Shown here in pieces: positions 11,981 through 23,700 of a stretch of DNA of 64,000 nt. Source of the stretch: Laetmonice hystrix (taxonomy: Eukaryota). The notes under the pieces are model-generated. The model was not told the DNA's origin, did no database searches, and saw only the letters and a program-made list of their open reading frames with translations. Made by a program: the position numbers and the translations under genes. The stretch spans positions 10,664,001 to 10,728,000 of the forward strand of contig OZ249446.1 of the NCBI GenBank assembly GCA_965235115.1. The letters run 5' to 3'. Every line of letters begins with the position of its first letter. The first letter of the stretch is position 1.

Positions 11981-12371
11981 TCTCTGTCAGCTCTGACAAC
12001 AAACGTTTGCTAGATGCCCACAGTGACGTAGTTTTGTGAACGTTCCTCTCTGTCAGCTCTGACAACAAACGTTTGCTCCATGCCCACAGTGACGTAGTTT
12101 TGTGAACGTTCCTCTCTGTCAGCTCTGACAACAAACGTTTGCTCCATGCCCACAGTGACGTAGTTTTGTGAACGTTCCTCTCTGTCAGCTCTGACAACAA
12201 ACGTTTGCTCCATGCCCACAGTGACGTAATTTTGTGAACTTATCTCGCTGTCAGCTCTGACAACAAACGTTTGCTCCATGCCCACAGTGACGTAGTTTTG
12301 TGAACTTATCTCGCTGTCAGCTCTGACAACAAACGTTTGCTCCATGCCCACAGTGGCGTAGTTTTGTGAAC
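11981..12371 (+). repeat. 66-bp minisatellite (~6 copies)
   Basis: Unit ctgtcagctctgacaacaaacgtttgctccatgcccacagtgacgtagttttgtgaacgttcctct. Confidence 0.95.
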
Positions 12372-14002
12372 TGGCCCGTGTGGTATTTGCCTAAGTATAC
12401 AGAAGATTTTTTCCCACAGTACACCTGTTTAGATCTATGTTGTTCGGGCCGCTTTAGTTTGAAAGAGTGTGGGCTGTAGAGGGTTCATCTTATTGTGGAA
12501 ACGTTTGTGAACTAATATTCAGATGCGCCACTTTCATTGTTTTTGTCCTGCTTGCAGATAATTATAATCCTAAAATTAGCACCGAGGAAACGCTGGAATT
12601 TTGACACTCCGGAATTAAAATGAATGCAAGATTTCGATATCTAGTGCAAACAGTTTGTAACACAATTGGTTTACTATTATGTCCGACATAGGCGTCGTAA
12701 GATATTTACAGTTGCGGGCGTTGGGAGCAAAATGGCCGCCTCCGATGTTAAGATTAAGCCTTTGGGAGGGGGGGCGGGGTCATGCCCCTGGTTTATATGT
12801 GAATATAAAACACAAAACCACATTCTAATAGAAAAAATATGTATTTTTATTGAGTACGTATAATAAGAATACGAAGTGGTCTATCGACAGTTTATTGACA
12901 GTCAGTGCACCATATAAGTAGTAGGGCTGAGAGTATATTGATAGTCTTGTACGCACCATACAAGGTGGGGTAGTCATATACACACTACTGACGTAGACAG
13001 GGCCCCTTGTGCCCCAGGGTAAAAATTGTCCCGTCTCAAGGGTGAGTCAAGAGGTGTGGTAGACGAGTAGAATCTAGATCTTATATTAGTTAGTGCCTAT
13101 TTTGCCCCCCCCCCCCCCCCCACCGGTAAAAACAAAGCGGCCCCCTCCCCCTTCCGATTAGATTACCCAACGTCAACTTTCCGTAGATAAATTAAAGGTG
13201 GAGGAAATAAACGGTAGGCTACTATAGCATTTTGATCCTGTTGTATACCGTCTAATCAAGATATTTATGTAGGCGACTCAAAGTGACTCGATCTGTTCGG
13301 ACTATGAGGTAATCATGAAGTAAGTAAGTATTTACAATACCGAGCTGTATTCACATATCGGCAAATAACAATATCATATGGATTGAAATGAACAACTGTT
13401 ATTTACGTACAAGGCAGGCAAGTGTGTCAATGCAGTAACCAGTCAATCTGCCATTTGCGTGGATATTGAGGACTACAGCGTCCCCAGCAGTCATTATACA
13501 TGTATTAGATTTGCCTCCTGGTGGATCGGTCTTGAACTACAAAATGGGACGGTGATTCGAGGTTAGACACTCGTCTCAAACATTACGGTTGATCAAACTA
13601 GACTTGACGTTAACACAAGATTTGTGTCAAATACAGATCTTTGATCAGGTAGACGTGAAGTTCACGTTTCAGTAGCAGAGTCAGATCAATCACATGAGCA
13701 AGACTTTTTAAGCGGTCACGTGACGTAATACTCAGTTTGTAGATGCGCCGTCCTGTGAGACCATGATCTTCATTGATAACTCTTGCAATCACAGAACGTT
13801 GAGAATACCCGACAGAGGGCCTCACAGTATTTTATATACATGTTTCTGAGACATACACATCCATAGATCTATTAGATGAACGTACGAACAGAATAGACCT
13901 ATGACCTCTCGGGCGACCACAGCGCTGTTGCTAGGCGACGTACCGTGATGACGTCAAGAGTCCAAGCATGCGCGTTACACCTTGACAGCGGTCGAGGCCG
14001 AC

Positions 14003-14147
14003 TAGGCGGGTCAAGGGGAACTGTCGTGACGTCACGGGTATGAATATTATAGGTATAGAATCCCCCACGGCCGTATCACTCCGACACCATAGCGTTACGA
14101 CAGGGGAAGTCCTTCCACCGGACTATTCGGCAGCCTGCTGACTTGTG
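14003..14147 (+). mobile_element. Family A element, 150 nt downstream of the receptor stop codon
   Basis: Same gtgacgtcacgggta...ccgtatcactc...ggaagtccttccaccggactattcggcagcct sequence. Confidence 0.75.
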
Positions 14148-14294
14148 TTTCCAACGCTAGCATCCATAATCCCTTTCATCAAATCAATCCAAACACAATG
14201 ATTTGTAGCCTAGATTGTGACTCAGTTTCGTAGGCAATGGATAGGTGCTCAGTGGCCCAAGGTGCCATAATCTCTACGGACCACAAAAGCCCGA

Positions 14295-14712
14295 CTAGTG
14301 CTCGATAGACGCGACCTCTGGGTCTAACTGAAAGTAGCGCGGGTCCTCCTCTCGTTCCGACAGCGTATGCTCGTTGCTATGGTCCATCCGGGCCAGCGTG
14401 TTGTTGCCATAGCTCTGATCATGCGCAGACGTCGCCGTGGCATACGTCGGCAGGGAGTTGGACCGATACTCGTATCCTCCCGAACCGGTCCCCGTCCTAT
14501 CCAGCGTCCCAGCCGCTTCAGTTCCATTTCGAGGTTGAGGCAACGGCATTTCCCAAATATGGGCATACTCGTTTTTGTCTCGGCCCGGGACCATGCGTTT
14601 ATCAAAGTTTTGCTGGTTGTCCCTCGTTTCATAGTTAGCCTTGTTGTAGGCTTCAACCTCGCTGGCGTTCAGCTGGCATGCTGTAGGAGGGCGACGCTGG
14701 CGCACCTGGCGG
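14295..14712 (-). CDS. Exon 7: cytoplasmic tail with multiple Tyr motifs, ends ...PRYFQLDPEVASIEH*
   Basis: Acceptor actttctttgcag|C in phase 2 matches the TM exon. Lies inside ORF 14295..14741. Confidence 0.85.
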
Positions 14713-17700
14713 CTGCAAAGAAAGTTAATTGCAGGGATCAATCTCTAGTGTTCAATTATCGATCATTCCAGATAAATACAACTCCTGATTGACCTATAAA
14801 TGAGAATACGAACTCTTAGCTTTTGTGTTTGGTCCGATTTCATCTATAGCCTACTAATTAAGGCTCTTATTGCAATACGCAGCTGTCATTAAAACAACTG
14901 TATCTCAGGCCTTGATTAGGAAGCGGATAATGACGGGAGAGCGCTGAGAAAAACCAGTTCTGATCCTAGGATTACATAACTGATTTAAAGACACTAGAAA
15001 GGTTACCTTTTCAATACTATGAGTCCTACGATGAATATGACCAGTCCAATTGTCACGGCCACCGCGAGGATTACAATGATAGACAGTCCTGGATCAAAAG
15101 ACAACGAAAATCATTTAACCGCAATTCGCTAGGTGGCAGCACCTCCACCCGACATCCTCTCGGTATACACGTTCTCCGATACGCCTTTCTAGCGTAGCTC
15201 TCAAAGATCTGAATCCGACCAGGAATACGTGGGTACTCACTTCTTCTAAATGTCTACGGGCCTTAGTGGCAGAGTTTTACTCGTTTTAGTTTTACCAATT
15301 TAATTTTTTATCTCCATCACCGTTTTGAATCTGCTTTCATTTCTTTAAACATGCTTTGTCGTATATTAAGACATACTTCAAAAGGTGTTTGCAATAGATT
15401 TTGTGCAGATGTGAGCAGTCGACTTACCTGAGGGCATATTACTGCCACTGAACACACTCTCCGCGAATATTCCTCCGCTACCTGTGTCAAAGAACAAAAG
15501 ATGTCGATAAAAAAAAACCACACAGAGATAAAGGTGGTAACTACGATATTTGCCATCCATTCTAAGTGACAGACTTGAAATGAATCAATGCCGTTTACTG
15601 AAAAATGACACAGACTTCAAAGGTCAGAAAGAGATAGATGATCAATAGGGCTCGGGACGAGCAGATAGGGTACCTGCCACCCCGGTACGGTAGGAAGGCT
15701 AGCGCCGGTACCCGCCCTGACAGCAGATAGGGTACCAGTGGGTGCCACCCCGGTACGGTAGGAAGGCTAGCGCCGGTACCCGCCCTGACAGCAGATAGGG
15801 TACCAGTGGGTGCTACCCCGGTACGGTAGGAAGGCTAGCGCCGGTACCCGCCCTGACAGCAGATAGGGTACCAGTGGGTGCCACCCCGGTACGGTAGGAA
15901 GGCTAGCGCCGGTACCCGCCCTGACAGCAGATATGGTACCAGTGGGTGCTACCCCGGTACGGTAGGAAGGCTAGTGCCGGTACCCGCCCTGACAGCAGAT
16001 ATAGGGTACCAGTGGGTGCTACCCCGGTACGGTAGGAAGGCTAGCGCCGGTACCCGCCCTGACAGCAGATATAGGGTACCAGTGGGTGCTACCCCGGTAC
16101 GGTAGGAAGGCTAGCGCCGGTACCCGCCCTGACAGCAGATAGGGTACCTGCCACCCCGGTACGGTAGGAAGGCTAGCGCCGGTACCCGCCCTGACAGCAG
16201 ATAGGGTACCAGTGGGTGCTACCCCGGTACGGTAGGAAGGCTAGCGCCGGTACCCGCCCTGACAGCAGATAGGGTACCAGTGGGTGCCACCCCGGTACGG
16301 TAGGAAGGCTAGCGCCGGTACCCGCCCTGACAGCAGATATGGTACCAGTGGGTGCTACCCCGGTACGGTAGGAAGGCTAGTGCCGGTACCCGCCCTGACA
16401 GCAGATATAGGGTACCAGTGGGTGCTACCCCGGTACGGTAGGAAGGCTAGCGCCGGTACCCGCCCTGACAGCAGGTACCAGTGGGTGCTACCCCGGTACG
16501 GTAGGAAGGCTAGCGCCGGTACCCGCCCTGACAGCAGATAGGGTACCAGTGGGTGCTACCCCGGTACGGTAGGAAGGCTAGCGCCGGTACCCGCCCTGAC
16601 AGCAGGTACCAGTGGGTGCTACCCCGGTACGGTAGGAAGGCTAGCGCCGGTACCCGCCCTGACAGCAGATAGGGTACCAGTGGGTGCTACCCCGGTACGG
16701 TAGGAAGGCTAGCGTTGATCACAAGCCAAGGTGTGTTGTGACGAAGTAAGCAGGCACGTGTCACTACCTTTCCGGCGACTGGCAGCTGTTTTTGACTGGC
16801 TTAACACACGCAATTACATCATTCAGGCCATAAAACACGCTCGTTTCTCACAGGAAAAAGATGCAGTAATCTTGTCTTTCTTCTTGGTATTAGAAGCACG
16901 CCAGAAAACACAGCAGCCACTCGGCCACTAGCTAAGCGTCAGACATTAATTCCAGAGGCGCTACAAGCGTCGGCTTGCTGTACACGGGTCTAAGCCTAAG
17001 TCACTTCGGTTGGCGCCATACCAAAGAGCTTTGATGTGGAAGGACTAGATGTTCGTCCATGCATTTTGTGTTTTGGAAATGAAAATTCTACTCGTGCAGA
17101 CAGGAACTGCGCCCCTGGTCAAATTAAATGAACATCAAGAGGCTTTTCAATTAGAGCTTTCCTTTTGAAATGATGACAGCCTTCCCTGTGGTGGGGGCGT
17201 GGCGGGGGAGGGGTTGTTTGTGTGTGCATGGGTAGGGGGTGAGATGGAGAGGCAGGGGTATGGTTTGTTTGTGTGTGCATGGGGAGGGGGTGAGATGGAG
17301 AGGCAGGGGTATGGGTTGTTTGTGTGTGCATGGGGAGGGGGTGAGATGGAGAGGCAGGGGTATGGTTTGTTTGTGTGTGCATGGGGAGGGGGTGAGATGG
17401 AGAGGCAGGGGTATGGTTTGTTTGTGTGTGCATGGGGAGGGGGTGAGATGGAGAGGCAGGGGTAGGGGTTGTTTGTGTGTGCATGAGGAGTGAGAGATAG
17501 ATGTATGTGACTGTATGTGGCTGATAGGAAAGGCATTTTATATTACTCTACAGCGGTAGGTATATACAGTAATGTTTTTGTAAATGAAGCCTGGTAGTGA
17601 ACCATCTATTTCCAACACTCCGTGTTTTGGACCTTACCTGCCGTACAGTTAGTGTTTGCCTTGCCCTGCCAAGTCCCGTCCCGACATTTCAGCTCCCAGC

Positions 17701-20700
17701 GGTCGTCTGACTGGTCACAGCCCAGTAGGACGGTCTGCCCGGAACGCCGGGTCCAGCCGTGGGGCGGCTTCGGGGGGTCAGGGCAACCCAGCGCTGAAAC
17801 AGGGTACAATATCAGGGTTATTACATCTTTTATTATGCTTCCGCAGTTTCCCTCAACAAAATTCTGCACATGGAACCAATGGTGAAAATGATGAAAATAT
17901 ATGGGATGATCAACAAAGATATGACCACATCTTATGGAAATCCACCTAGGCCTAAAAGATCATAGAATGTTTAAAACATATAGGATAGGTATCATCGCAA
18001 ACATCGTACTATTAGTTCTTGCATATATAAAATACACATCTGTATTTTTTTCAGATCTCAGCATTTATCACACGGAATGGGCTCCACTTTGTTAGAGCCT
18101 AAAAATATCCTTTGATTTACACACGTTGGGGTGGGGTGCATGGGGGGTTCCTCTTCTATATTGAGTATGTTATTTATTTCTTAGGTCTATTTTGCCCTGT
18201 TTGGTTTGAGTGTGTGAGTAGAGATCAGACCATGGTGGAAACGATGACAGCGAGGTGGTATGATTGATGGTATTATCCGTACATATCGCGGGCAGTATGA
18301 GACCCTGGCGTGTGTGAGTGTGTGAGTAGAGATCCGTCAGACCATGGTGAAGACGATGACAGCGGGGTGGTATGATTGATGGTATTATCCGAACATATCG
18401 CTGGCAGTATGAGACCCTGGCATGTGTGAGTGTGTGAGTAGAGATCAGTCGTAATCAGACCATGGTGGAGACAGCGAGGTGGTATGATTGATGGTATTAT
18501 CCGTACATATCGCGGGCAGTATGAGACCCTGGCGTGTGTGAGTGTGTGAGTAGAGATCCGTCGGTATGATTGATGGTATTATCCGAACATATCGCGGGCA
18601 GTATGAGACCCTGGCATGATATCAACGCCTTTGGTAATGATAATTATTTTAATATGAAGCTGGCTCCTAACGGCTGACATGGAGGATCCTGGCGCACCTG
18701 CGGCACCCAACCCCACCCCCAACCCACCCCCACAACACCCCAACCCCCTACCCGTCAGTCTCACCCTCCGCTCTGATCGGCACAGGTTCCGTAAACAAAG
18801 TGAGTAGTATATGAAACTCTCCATTGAAGCAGGCCCAGCTGACCGGAGTGAGTATTATGGAAACTCCCCATTGAAGCAGGCCCAGCTAACCGGAGTGAGT
18901 AGTATATGAAAACTCCCCATTGAAGCAGGCCCAGCTGACCGGAGTGAGTATTATGGAAACTCTCCATTGAAGCAGGCCCAGCTGACCGGAGTGAGTATTA
19001 TGGAAACTCCCCATTGAAGCAGGCCCAGCTAACCGGAGTGAGTAGTATATGAAAACTCCCCATTGAAGCAGGCCCAGCTGACCGGAGTGAGTATTATGGA
19101 AACTCCCCATTGAAGCAGGCCCAGCTAACCGGAGTGAGTAGTATATGAAAACTCCCCATTGAAGCAGGCCCAGCTGACCGGAGTGAGTAGTATATGAAAA
19201 CTCCCCATTGAAGCAGGCCCAGCTAACCGGAGTGAGTAGTATATGAAAACTCCCCATTGAAGCAGGCCCAGCTGACCGGAGTGAGTAGTATATGAAACTC
19301 CCCATTAAAGCAGGCCCAGCTAACCGGAGTGAGTAGTATATGAAAACTCCCCATGGAAGCAGGCCCAGCTAACCGGAGTGAGTAGTATATGAAACTCCCC
19401 ATTGAAGCAGGCCCAGCTAACCGGAGTGAGTAGTATATGAAAACTCCCCATTAAAGCAGGCCCAGCTGACCGGAGTGAGTAGTATATGAAAACTCCCCAT
19501 GGAAGCAGGCCCAGCTAACCGGAGTGAGTAGTATATGAAACTCCCCATTGAAGCAGGCCCAGCTGACCGGAGTGAGTAGTATATGAAAACTCCCCATTGA
19601 AGCAGGCCCAGCTAACCGGAGTGAGTAGTATATGAAAACTCCCCATTGAAGCAGGCCCAGCTGACCGGAGTGAGTAGTATATGAAACTCCCCATTGAAGC
19701 AGGCCCAGCTGACCGGAGTGAGTAGTATATGAAAACTCCCCATGGAAGCAGGCCCAGCTAACCGGAGTGAGTAGTATATGAAACTCCCCATTGAAGCAGG
19801 CCCAGCTGACCGGAGTGAGTAGTATATGAAACTCTCCATTGAAGCAGGCCCAGCTGACCGGAGTGAGTAGTATATGAAACTCTCCATTGAAGCAGGCCCA
19901 GCTGACCGGAGTGAGTAGTATATGAAACTCTCCATTGAAGCAGGCCCAGCTGACCGGAGTGAGTAGTATATAACTCTCCATTGAAGCAGGCCCAGCTGAC
20001 CGGAGTGAGTAGTATATGAAACTCCCCATTGAAGCAGGCCCAGCTGACCGGAGTGAGTAGTATATGAAACTCTCCATTGAAGCAGGCCCAGCTAACCGGA
20101 GTGAGTAGTATATGAAACTCTCCATTGAAGCAGGCCCAGCTGACCGGAGTGAGTAGTATATGAAACTCTCCATTGAAGCAGGCCCAGCTGACCGGAGTGA
20201 GTAGTATATGAAACTCTCCATTGAAGCAGGCCCAGCTAACCGGAGTGAGTAGTATATGAAACTCTCCATTGAAGCAGGCCCAGCTGACCGGAGTGAGTAG
20301 TATATGAAACTCTCCATTGAAGCAGGCCCAGCTGACCGGAGTGAGTAGTATATGAAACTCCCCATTGAAGCAGGCCCAGCTGACCGGAGTGAGTAGCATA
20401 TGAAAACTCCCCATTGAAGCAGGCCCAGCTGACCGGAGTGAGTAGCATATGAAAACTCCCCATTGAAGCAGCCAAATTATCCCTGCCTTTCAACCTCTCG
20501 ACCCAGAACGGAATTAGTTGTCTATTCATACATCTTTCCAGATAAAATCTGATGTAGTTGCAAGGCGTGAAAGACTGTGCCGTCGTTAGACAGACTTTCA
20601 CTGGCAGGATGATGACACAAATTACGACTACACTATCGTTGGCAGTGCCAGAGATGGCTCTGTGAATGGGACTAATGTTCCACAAACTGGAGAAAAATGC

Positions 20701-23700
20701 CTTTTCAGAAATGGATGCCGCCAGAATAAAAAGCAGTGTGAAGTCCAAAGTGTCATCGCCAGCCGTAGGTCTCGTCTGGAAGTTGTTCCTTCCGTTCTCA
20801 CGGTTGGTTAATCTCTCCTCCCCTCCCCTCCCCATATCGTACACACTGTCCCTAACCCTCCGCCCGCCGACTTCTAGCTCATCCTTTAGCCGACTGACAC
20901 CCCAACTGTCAGGGCAACGTGATAAATGACGACTTACACTCGTGCGTGAAAATCGATGTGTAATATGGCGTAATTTCCTGCGAACACCCATCTGAAGCGA
21001 CTAGGAACCCCATCTGAGTGATATATGACCTGGCTTGTATTTCCGACTTCCCTTAAATCCGCATCCTCTGAGAAGGTTGGCTACGTTTCCAATATGCCCA
21101 TTTATAGCCAGGGTAATATGCCAGTGGCGCCTCAAACCATGATGTTAAATTCTCAGTAAGTTTCCGCCACATGAGGGCTGGTGTACCGGGGTGTGGAGCC
21201 ATGTTTGGCGGTATGGAAGTGGAGGGCACTTGGGAATGTAATAAGACCGAGTCGGGGTCAAGGGCCGCCGACCGGGTGGTGGCCCGGGGTGGCCCGGGGT
21301 GGTGGCCCGGGGTGGCCCGGAGCTGCCCCCGCCCCCAGGGGGCAATGATGTCATGGCCCGGATTAATTTAGCACCGACACAGATGTCGGCCTGGTTTATC
21401 GGGTACTGGCGTCTGTGGGGTCACGGGGGCATTATCAGATAACACTAGGGCAAACGAGGGGTCATAATGGCGCCAACCCCCGCCCCCTGCCTGCCCCCAC
21501 ATGGAGTGTCAGGGGGTGGGGTAAACGTAGTGCCCTTCTCCCTGTGTTGTCGACAGACATTCTTCTGGAGAAAAGCTTTAAATGTGGCATGATGCCACAC
21601 GCCGCGGAACAATCGGTTCTAACAAACCCAGAGTCTCCGACAACACAGCACTGTTTTAAGTGACAGCCAGGCCAGATGTGAACGATGAACTCTTCATGCT
21701 ACAGACTCCGAGAACAGGGACTTAACGGTTTGGGACTGATTCCCAGAGATAATTACATCTGGAATGATTAAAGACTGAATTGATCAGATCTTACTGCTGC
21801 CAATGTCAAATTAATATGTTTGATGTTTCCGCCATCTCAGTAGAGTCCCATCTCGTTCGAGGTGTTGAGCATGGAAGAAAAGGCTTTATCTAAACGTCGT
21901 TGGTCGAATAATTATTGTCCACCGGGAAACATTTCAGCGATACACTCAGCTATCATGTATCCATTGCCTCGTTCCCACGACAGTCCCCTTTTTAAACCCT
22001 CCTCCCTTTCACCCTCGCCTTGCCTCTCCTTCTCGTTTTTCCACGTCATCACAAAGAAACCACATCGATCTCTCATAATCTCAAGCAGTACAAGATCTTC
22101 CCTCTTTGACAAAAGTGATCTTACGTTACTCCTTATTGTTATAAAATTATACTACCCCAGTGTTAACAACCACTTTTTGTTCAACCTAATCCCACTTTGG
22201 TAGAATTTACAAAACAAAAAATCAGAAAAGGGAAAACTCTTTATTATTAAACACACGAATCTTGAACAGGCAATATCAATCACAGCCCAGAAACAATTCC
22301 CGCGTCTCGTACATAACATAAACACCCAGTCCTTGGTCCCCACACCCGAGCACCAGTCCCCATACCCAGTCCTTGGTCCCCACACCCGAGCACCAGTCCC
22401 CATACCCAGTCCTTGGTCCCCACACCCGAGCACCAGTCCCCATACCCAGTCCTTGGTCCCCACACCCGGCCCCCAGTCCCCATACCCAGCCCCGGTCCCC
22501 ACACCCAGACCCCGGTCCCCATACCCAGCCCCGGTCACCATACACAGTCCCCGGTCCCCACACCCGGCCCCCAGTCCCCATACCCAGCCCCGGTCCGACT
22601 CTGGCCCTCCGTAACCAAGTCACGCAGTACCCACCGTTTTCAGTAGATTGTGGAGTTTTGTTCTACTGCCGGAACACGGGGACTACATGTCTGCCGAGTC
22701 GATCCGCTCCACGCCCACTTCAATGGGCAGACGTGACCGAAATATTGCCTCTTCTGCAAAATTGCCTCCCCATTACTGCACTGATGGGAAACATGGCGTA
22801 CCCTCCCGGTGTGATTTGACCGAAGAGCGACCAAACGGAGCGTAACACCCTTCGGTTATTTTAGGTATTTACTCTGGCCTAAATTACAGACTGCTTTCTC
22901 GGCAGTAAGTGAGGAGAAGATAAATGAACGGCAGATAGATCAGTTGAGCTTAGGACGACCACCAAGCGTGCTGACTCATCGTATATATCTTACAATCTTC
23001 TTATCTTAAAACATATATCATCTAAAGAAGGATGAAAACAATGACGATGATGGTGACATATTAATAATTTTAATTATGAAGAAGTTACTGGGTTCAAGAT
23101 ATTTCAACATGATTATTGCTCTCATTATTTTTAAATTGATGACTATGATTTACATTCCACAGCGTGTATGATTACTTTCATCAGAATCACTGCCGTATTA
23201 ATTAATAAGACCTGGCTCGTCACTCACAGAGGACGACTACCCTTTGACGGGTAGTACACGGTTGTTTGATCTGCCTCCATACACAGCTCTACGTCTCTAG
23301 ATGAGATAATGACTGGTGTTGGAATGGTTCCATGTACACGTGTTCTCTGCCATGTCGTCGGTTGTCAGTTCTATGTTCTTTGTCTGCCGACATCTGCTAA
23401 ATGTGATCAAGAGCCTGTTGATATATCTCTCACACACAGGTAGATCAGGATACTCGGGCCACAGTGTCGTGTCCGATATGGGGTTAGTCAGCAGGTGTTA
23501 GTTATAGTGTAGGTGGCCAGCAGGTGTTAGTTATAGTGTAGGTGGTCAGCAGGTGTTGGTTATAGTGTAGGTGGTCAGCAGGTGCTAGTTATAGTGTAGG
23601 TGGTCAGCAGGTGTTGGTTATAGTGTAGGTGGTCAGCAGGTGTTGGTTATAGTGTAGGTGGTCAGCAGGTGTTGGTTATAGTGTAGGTGGTCAGCAGGTG

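Noticed and set aside
18761-20414. Long ORFs such as MESFIYYSLRSAGPAS repeats, and similar ORFs in the 66-, 68-, 51-, 40-, 67-, 48- and 45-bp arrays
   Set aside because: They are translations of tandem repeats and shift frame wherever unit length varies; no splice or domain support.
21270-21335. G-rich GGGGTGGCCC repeats as a possible G-quadruplex
   Set aside because: Such G-tracts are common in this window and nothing indicates function.
22640-22834. ILQKRQYFGHVC resembling the RTE C-terminal region; similar weak hints at 61201-61482, 5640-5830 and 2780-3000
   Set aside because: Single short motifs with no supporting neighbours; below my threshold without an HMM search.
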